From a virus (taxonomy: Duplodnaviria; Caudoviricetes), in the IMG/VR virus record IMGVR_UViG_3300030085_002029, positions 588 to 64,587 of that record: a DNA stretch of 64,000 bases. One strand, given 5' to 3'. This document shows positions 59,113 through 64,000 of the stretch, one piece after another. The notes under the pieces are model-generated. The model was not told the origin of the DNA. It saw only the letters and a program-made list of their open reading frames with translations, and made no database searches. Positions within the stretch are counted from its first letter, which is position 1, and every line of letters starts with the position of its first letter. A program made the translations under genes and the position numbers.

Positions 59113-59840
59113 AACGTGAAGAAATAATAGAAAAGCTTAGAATAGATGAGCATTATTACGGCGACTTTGGCAAACAGTATTTAAGTAATTCAGATATTAA
59201 AACATTACTTACAAACCCATTAGCATTTAAGGAACCAAGTAAGACAAATGCCCACTTCTTAGTAGGAGGCTATTTTCACACTGCGATACTTGAGCCTGAT
59301 AAAATAAAAAAATATAAAATTATAGATTCAAGTTCTAGAAATACGAAAGTATACAAAGAAATGTCAGGTGGTGAAATGTGCTTGTTACAACATGAGGTTG
59401 ACTTAATTGATAATCTCATTTCTACAATGTTAAACAATAAAGTTTGCAGAGACTTGATAGCTGAAGAAAAAGGCGAATATGAGGTACCTGCAATAACTGA
59501 GCTGTTTGGCCAAATGTGGAAAGGTAAAGCAGACGTTGTTAACCACAACGAAAAATTAATAATAGATCTTAAAACTACTTCTGATCTTGACAACTTTAAA
59601 TGGAATGCTAAGAAATATAATTATGATTCTCAAGCTTACATTTATAGAAAACTATTTGGCTATGAATTTGTATTTATAGCTATAGATAAAAAATCAGGTC
59701 AAATAGGTTTGTTCGATTGTTCTGATAAATTTTATAATTCAGGAGAAGAGAAAGTTGAAAAAGCATCAGAAGCTTATGATCTATTTTATAACACAGAGGG
59801 TTTTGATCCTCAGCAATATTTTATAAATCAAACATTATAA
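59109..59840 (+). CDS. PD-(D/E)XK exonuclease (RecE/Cas4-like)
   Basis: LSNSDIK, GGYFHTAILEP, KGKAD, IDLKTT, YDSQAYIY. Confidence 0.85.
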   Translation: MKREEIIEKLRIDEHYYGDFGKQYLSNSDIKTLLTNPLAFKEPSKTNAHFLVGGYFHTAILEPDKIKKYKIIDSSSRNTKVYKEMSGGEMCLLQHEVDLIDNLISTMLNNKVCRDLIAEEKGEYEVPAITELFGQMWKGKADVVNHNEKLIIDLKTTSDLDNFKWNAKKYNYDSQAYIYRKLFGYEFVFIAIDKKSGQIGLFDCSDKFYNSGEEKVEKASEAYDLFYNTEGFDPQQYFINQTL

Positions 59841-59842
59841 TT

Positions 59843-60151
59843 ATGGCAGGAATAATAAAGGCTAGTATCAATTTAAATAACATTGATAAGAGTAAGATAA
59901 TAGAAGGTAAAAAAGGTAAATACTTGCCCATTACAATTACGGTGAATGATGAACCAGATCAGTTTGGAAATCAAGGACCAGTTTGTATAGAGCAATCTAA
60001 AGAAGAAAGAGAAGCTAAAAACCCTAAAACATACTTAGGTAATGTTAAAGTGGTTTGGACGAACGGAACTTTTCCAGACAGAATACCATTTGAAGGCGGA
60101 GCACCACAAGCAAAACCACAACCCAAAGTAGAAGAAGATCTACCATTTTAA
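59843..60151 (+). CDS. Putative ssDNA-binding protein
   Basis: 102 aa; GKKGKYL, DQFGN, acidic tail EEDLPF. Confidence 0.65.
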   Translation: MAGIIKASINLNNIDKSKIIEGKKGKYLPITITVNDEPDQFGNQGPVCIEQSKEEREAKNPKTYLGNVKVVWTNGTFPDRIPFEGGAPQAKPQPKVEEDLPF

Positions 60152-60164
60152 TTAAATAAAATAA

Positions 60165-61874
60165 ATGCAAGTCGAAGAAATAGAAATAAATGGTTTTCAA
60201 ATTGAAAACTTTAATCAGCACGGCTTAGACGTAGGTAAATCGCAGGGGACTTGTCCCCTGTGTTCTTCTTCTAGGAAACCTGAGAATAGAAAAGCAAAAT
60301 GTGCTAGCTATGATTGGGAACGTGGTCTTGGTACTTGCCATAACTGTGACAAAACTTTTCAAATGCATACATATAAACGTAAAGGCAAAGCTGAACGTGA
60401 ATATGTTATACCTGAATTAAACCGAACACCAGTTAAATCAAAAGCTGTAGAATGGTTTAAAACAAGAGGTATATCTAAACAAACCTTAGATGAGGTTGGT
60501 GTAGGTGAAGGTAAAGAGTATATGCCACAGACCGGTAAAACCGAGAATACTATTCAGTTTAATTATTTTGTAGGTGGAAATATCACAAATGTTAAATATA
60601 GAGATGGTAGAAAAAACTTCAAGCTCTACAAAGGAGCTGAAAAAGTATTTTACAATATTGATAGCATAGTAGGTCACGATGAGTGTGTTATAGTTGAAGG
60701 CGAGATGGATGTATTAGCTTTGCATGAAGCTGGTATTACAAACGCTATATCAGTACCTAACGGCGCTACATTAAACAGTAATAATTTAGATTATTTAGAT
60801 AACTGTATAGATTATTTTGAAGATAAAAAGAAAATAATAATTGCAGTAGATAACGATCCACCTGGTTTAGCATTACAAGCTGAGCTTATACGTAGACTAG
60901 GCGCTGAAACTTGTTATCTAGTTACATTTGATGATTGCAAAGACGCTAACGAATACTTATTAAAGTATTCAGCTAAAGAGCTATTGTCACGTGTTAAGAA
61001 CTCAAAACCTGTACCTCTTGAAAATGTAACTACATTTAGAGACATTGAAGACGAGATCACAGACTTTGTTAGAAATGGTTTTAAACGTGGTTATACTATT
61101 GGTCTTAATAATTTTGATGAAATATTTAGTACTTATACTAAACAGTTTATTACAGTAACTGGAATACCTAGCTCAGGTAAATCAGATTTTGTAGATCAAA
61201 TGTGCGTAGGTTATAATAAAGAGTATGGTTGGAAAACAGCTTTTGCTAGTCCAGAAAATGCTCCTACATACTTACATGCTCACAAGCTTATGCGTAAGGT
61301 ATGGGGTGATATGCCTAATAAAGGGCATATTGGCGGAGCTAAATGGAATGAAGTAGCTAATCATGTTAACGACAATTTCTTTTTTATTGATATGGAGCGT
61401 TATACACTTGAATCTGTATTACGTAAAGGTGCAGAGCTTGTAAAACGTAAAGGTATCAAATGTTTAGTTATAGATCCATTTAATAAAGTTAGAGACGTTG
61501 ACTGTACAACAGAAGATGTTAATAGATATACAATGGAGTATTTAACTAAGATCGAAACTTTTGCTAAGAAATATGATGTGCTAGTATTTATTGTAGCCCA
61601 TCCCACTAAAATGTATAAAAACAATGAAGGTAAAATTGAAGAGCCGACAATGTACAACATTAAAGGTGGTGGAGAATGGTATGACGCGTCATATCATGGT
61701 CTGCTCGTACATAGAGACTATGAAGCTAAAACGACAAAAGTTAAAATACTTAAATGCAAGTTCCAAAACCTTGGTGAAAACGGAGCAGAAGCCTTCTTTA
61801 CGTGGGAACCACGATCAGGATGCTTTGTACCTCACGTACAACCTGAATTAGAAGAAGCAATGCCATGGGAATAA
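60165..61874 (+). CDS. Primase-helicase (T7 gp4/Twinkle-like)
   Basis: Zn ribbon CPLC..CHNC, TOPRIM EGEMD and DND, Walker A GIPSSGKS, VIDP, VAHP. Confidence 0.92.
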   Translation: MQVEEIEINGFQIENFNQHGLDVGKSQGTCPLCSSSRKPENRKAKCASYDWERGLGTCHNCDKTFQMHTYKRKGKAEREYVIPELNRTPVKSKAVEWFKTRGISKQTLDEVGVGEGKEYMPQTGKTENTIQFNYFVGGNITNVKYRDGRKNFKLYKGAEKVFYNIDSIVGHDECVIVEGEMDVLALHEAGITNAISVPNGATLNSNNLDYLDNCIDYFEDKKKIIIAVDNDPPGLALQAELIRRLGAETCYLVTFDDCKDANEYLLKYSAKELLSRVKNSKPVPLENVTTFRDIEDEITDFVRNGFKRGYTIGLNNFDEIFSTYTKQFITVTGIPSSGKSDFVDQMCVGYNKEYGWKTAFASPENAPTYLHAHKLMRKVWGDMPNKGHIGGAKWNEVANHVNDNFFFIDMERYTLESVLRKGAELVKRKGIKCLVIDPFNKVRDVDCTTEDVNRYTMEYLTKIETFAKKYDVLVFIVAHPTKMYKNNEGKIEEPTMYNIKGGGEWYDASYHGLLVHRDYEAKTTKVKILKCKFQNLGENGAEAFFTWEPRSGCFVPHVQPELEEAMPWE

Positions 61875-62122
61875 AAGCCAAATATACTGAATGTAAACCT
61901 CCTGAATGGACTAAAGAAGATTTAAGAGCTTACAGTTGGTGTATTAATCATGGCATATACATATCTGCCTTAGCTGAAGGTAAAGGTAACCACAATAAAC
62001 TGTGGACTATACAAGTTGAAGCTAAAGGCAAGAAAGTCATAAGTCCTAAAACATATGGACCTGATGACTTATATAGTAAAATATTTGAATTATATAGATT
62101 TTATTATGATAAAAACATTTAG
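61865..62122 (+). CDS. Hypothetical protein
   Basis: 85 aa, coupled to its neighbours. Confidence 0.55.
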   Translation: MGIKAKYTECKPPEWTKEDLRAYSWCINHGIYISALAEGKGNHNKLWTIQVEAKGKKVISPKTYGPDDLYSKIFELYRFYYDKNI

Positions 62123-62819
62123 CAATAATTTCAGAAACGCTGATGAAGCTTTTCAGTATTGGTATCAATGTATAGAACATTATGGTACAGACTTTGCTGG
62201 AACTAAAGCTTTGTTTAATATAGGTTTTCAACTTGATGAACCTGATGAAATGATGATTAAACAACCTTGGCGTAAATGGAATCCTGATTATGCTGCAGCT
62301 GAATGGCAATGGTATTTGTCAGGTGATAATAACATTGAAAAACTAGGTGAACTATACGGTAAAATACCTGCTATCTGGAAACGTATGGCAGATAGACATA
62401 ACAACGTAAACTCTAACTATGGTTATCAATGGGATAGATTTCAACAATTAGATAAAGTTATATCTATGTTAAGACGTAATCCAGACACTAGACAAGCTGC
62501 AATTTCAATATATGATGGTAAAGAAATATACAAATACGATAATGATACTCCATGTACGTACGCAATCCAGTTTACAGTTGTAAATGATAAACTGAACATG
62601 TGTGTTACGATGAGATCTAATGATCTCTGGTACGGTTTCTGTAACGATCAGTATTGTTTTGCACAATTACAAATTTTAGTTGCACAGGAGACAGATTATG
62701 AATTAGGTTCATACTATCACTTTGCACATAACTTACATTTATACGAAAAAGATTTAGGTAAGTTTTTACCGCAACGATCTAGTTCTCTGCTACAAAGCAA
62801 ATGGGAGGAGTATGGATAA
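62055..62819 (+). CDS. Thymidylate-synthase-fold enzyme, dCMP hydroxymethylase-like
   Basis: NSNYG, TRQA, PCT catalytic Cys, MRSNDLWYGFCND, HLYE; the real start may be near 62106. Confidence 0.75.
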   Translation: MDLMTYIVKYLNYIDFIMIKTFSNNFRNADEAFQYWYQCIEHYGTDFAGTKALFNIGFQLDEPDEMMIKQPWRKWNPDYAAAEWQWYLSGDNNIEKLGELYGKIPAIWKRMADRHNNVNSNYGYQWDRFQQLDKVISMLRRNPDTRQAAISIYDGKEIYKYDNDTPCTYAIQFTVVNDKLNMCVTMRSNDLWYGFCNDQYCFAQLQILVAQETDYELGSYYHFAHNLHLYEKDLGKFLPQRSSSLLQSKWEEYG

Positions 62820-63633
62820 AGAAATAACATATTATTTATACCACATCCCGGGTAAAAAGATCGGCGTTACGCGTGATCTTAATAGCAGGGTTACACAACA
62901 ACAAGGCTATAGCCCAGACGAGTATGAAGTTCTAGATCAAAGCACAGACATCGATTATATATCGAGCCGCGAGTTAGAACTTCAAAAGTCTTATGGCTAT
63001 AAAGTAGATTTAAAACCATATAACAAATTATTTAAAATGAAGATAAACGCAACCGAACAAACCAGTACGTTTCCAGTTCCATTAAATAAATTAAAAGGAA
63101 GACTTATGGACGAAATGGGTAAAACGTGGGAAACCATGCATGGCACATTTGAATTAACTAAAGAGACTATACAATGGATAATGGAAAATGCTTCAACATC
63201 CATGTTTAATAAAAAGAGATCTTATATATATAATAAAGCTTTTTATGAAAAGTTTTTAAAGGAAGCTAAATCAGAGGCACAATTGTTTTACAATGCTATT
63301 AATGATAGAGTTGTTAAACAAAACGGCAAAGCTTGGGTAGATAAAGATAGATTCCAGCTTATAAGAGACTGGGCTGGAACTAGAGGATTATATACTGGTG
63401 GTGATACTAAAACTCAATACTGTAAATTAATGGAAGAAGCAGGAGAGCTTGGTAGAGCTATACTTAAAAATGATCAAGATGAATTTGTAGATGCCATTGG
63501 TGATATGGTAGTTGTACTAACTAATCTAGCTCATTTAGGCGGAACAACAATTGAACATTGTATTGATTCAGCTTATAATGAAATTAAAGATCGTAAAGGC
63601 GGAATGAAAAATGGAACTTTTGTTAAAGATTAA
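62812..63633 (+). CDS. Fusion protein with a C-terminal MazG-like NTP pyrophosphohydrolase
   Basis: KLMEEAGEL, DAIGDMVVVL, AYNEIKDRKG; N-terminus YYLYH..KIGVT..LNSR. Confidence 0.75.
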   Translation: MDKEITYYLYHIPGKKIGVTRDLNSRVTQQQGYSPDEYEVLDQSTDIDYISSRELELQKSYGYKVDLKPYNKLFKMKINATEQTSTFPVPLNKLKGRLMDEMGKTWETMHGTFELTKETIQWIMENASTSMFNKKRSYIYNKAFYEKFLKEAKSEAQLFYNAINDRVVKQNGKAWVDKDRFQLIRDWAGTRGLYTGGDTKTQYCKLMEEAGELGRAILKNDQDEFVDAIGDMVVVLTNLAHLGGTTIEHCIDSAYNEIKDRKGGMKNGTFVKD

Positions 63634-63713
63634 TCCGTTTGAACAAACTATGATTGCTATAATAGCAGTACAATTTATAGGTTTTTTATTAATATATATA
63701 TGGACTAAAACAA

Positions 63714-64000
63714 ATGAAAGAAAAAACAATTAAATTTAGAGATCCTGTAGTTGAAAGGGTTGTAGATAAATTCGTATCAAGATCAGATGTTGGTTATGAA
63801 AAATACGGTCAAACATTAGATAATGAACGTAAGACTGGAGTTAAAGATCTTGCAGCGTATCTAAATGATGTACAAGAAGAATTAATGGATGCAATACTTT
63901 ATATTCAAAGTGCACGTGAAGAGCTAGCTGAAAAGGTAGTGCTACCTGCAACAGAACCAACATCAGGTTTGCCTTATTACGTAACAGATGTTGCGTCGTA
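63714..64000 (+). CDS. All-alpha nucleotide pyrophosphatase-like protein, runs to the window edge
   Basis: RSDVGYEKYGQTL, QEELMDAILYI. Confidence 0.55.
   Translation, partial: MKEKTIKFRDPVVERVVDKFVSRSDVGYEKYGQTLDNERKTGVKDLAAYLNDVQEELMDAILYIQSAREELAEKVVLPATEPTSGLPYYVTDVAS

Noticed and set aside
59109-59840. CRISPR-associated Cas4
   Set aside because: No Fe-S cysteine cluster; its position between ERF and SSB indicates a recombination exonuclease.
1-64000. Stop-codon reassignment, as in some crAss-like phages
   Set aside because: Large genes are intact under the standard code, coding density is high, and TAA, TAG and TGA all end genes.

Overview
The window is most of an AT-rich lytic phage genome, most likely a podovirus of Bacteroidota (Flavobacteria-type host) with a crAss-like capsid, portal and terminase module; this assignment is my inference. 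There are two arms. The minus arm (~2.1-47.2 kb) carries late genes: a 3432-aa multidomain ejection protein, two smaller ejection proteins, tail genes, major capsid, scaffold, portal, terminase, fibres, holin and amidase, GroEL/GroES, and a block of very basic low-complexity proteins with a SET-domain methyltransferase and a zincin protease. The plus arm (47.5-64 kb, continuing into 1-2 kb) carries many small early ORFs, two DOT1-like methyltransferases, ligase, a pyrimidine-dimer glycosylase, an HTH protein, a sigma factor, ERF, exonuclease, primase-helicase, a dCMP-hydroxymethylase-like enzyme, MazG-like proteins and class II RNR. No DNA polymerase, integrase or CRISPR array is visible. The main leads are: (1) Lys-rich proteins sharing a G[AP]xM motif next to a zincin and a SET enzyme, plus DOT1-like enzymes elsewhere, possibly a protein processing and methylation system; (2) a tandem structured RNA with compensatory changes upstream of the DOT1-like genes; (3) seven copies of a fixed-spacing promoter-like motif; (4) three ~46-bp inverted-repeat sites, one covering the start of the HTH gene; (5) probable cytosine modification; (6) a 12-aa CxxC-CxxC micropeptide after nrdJ. 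All family calls come from motif recognition by eye, with no database search.
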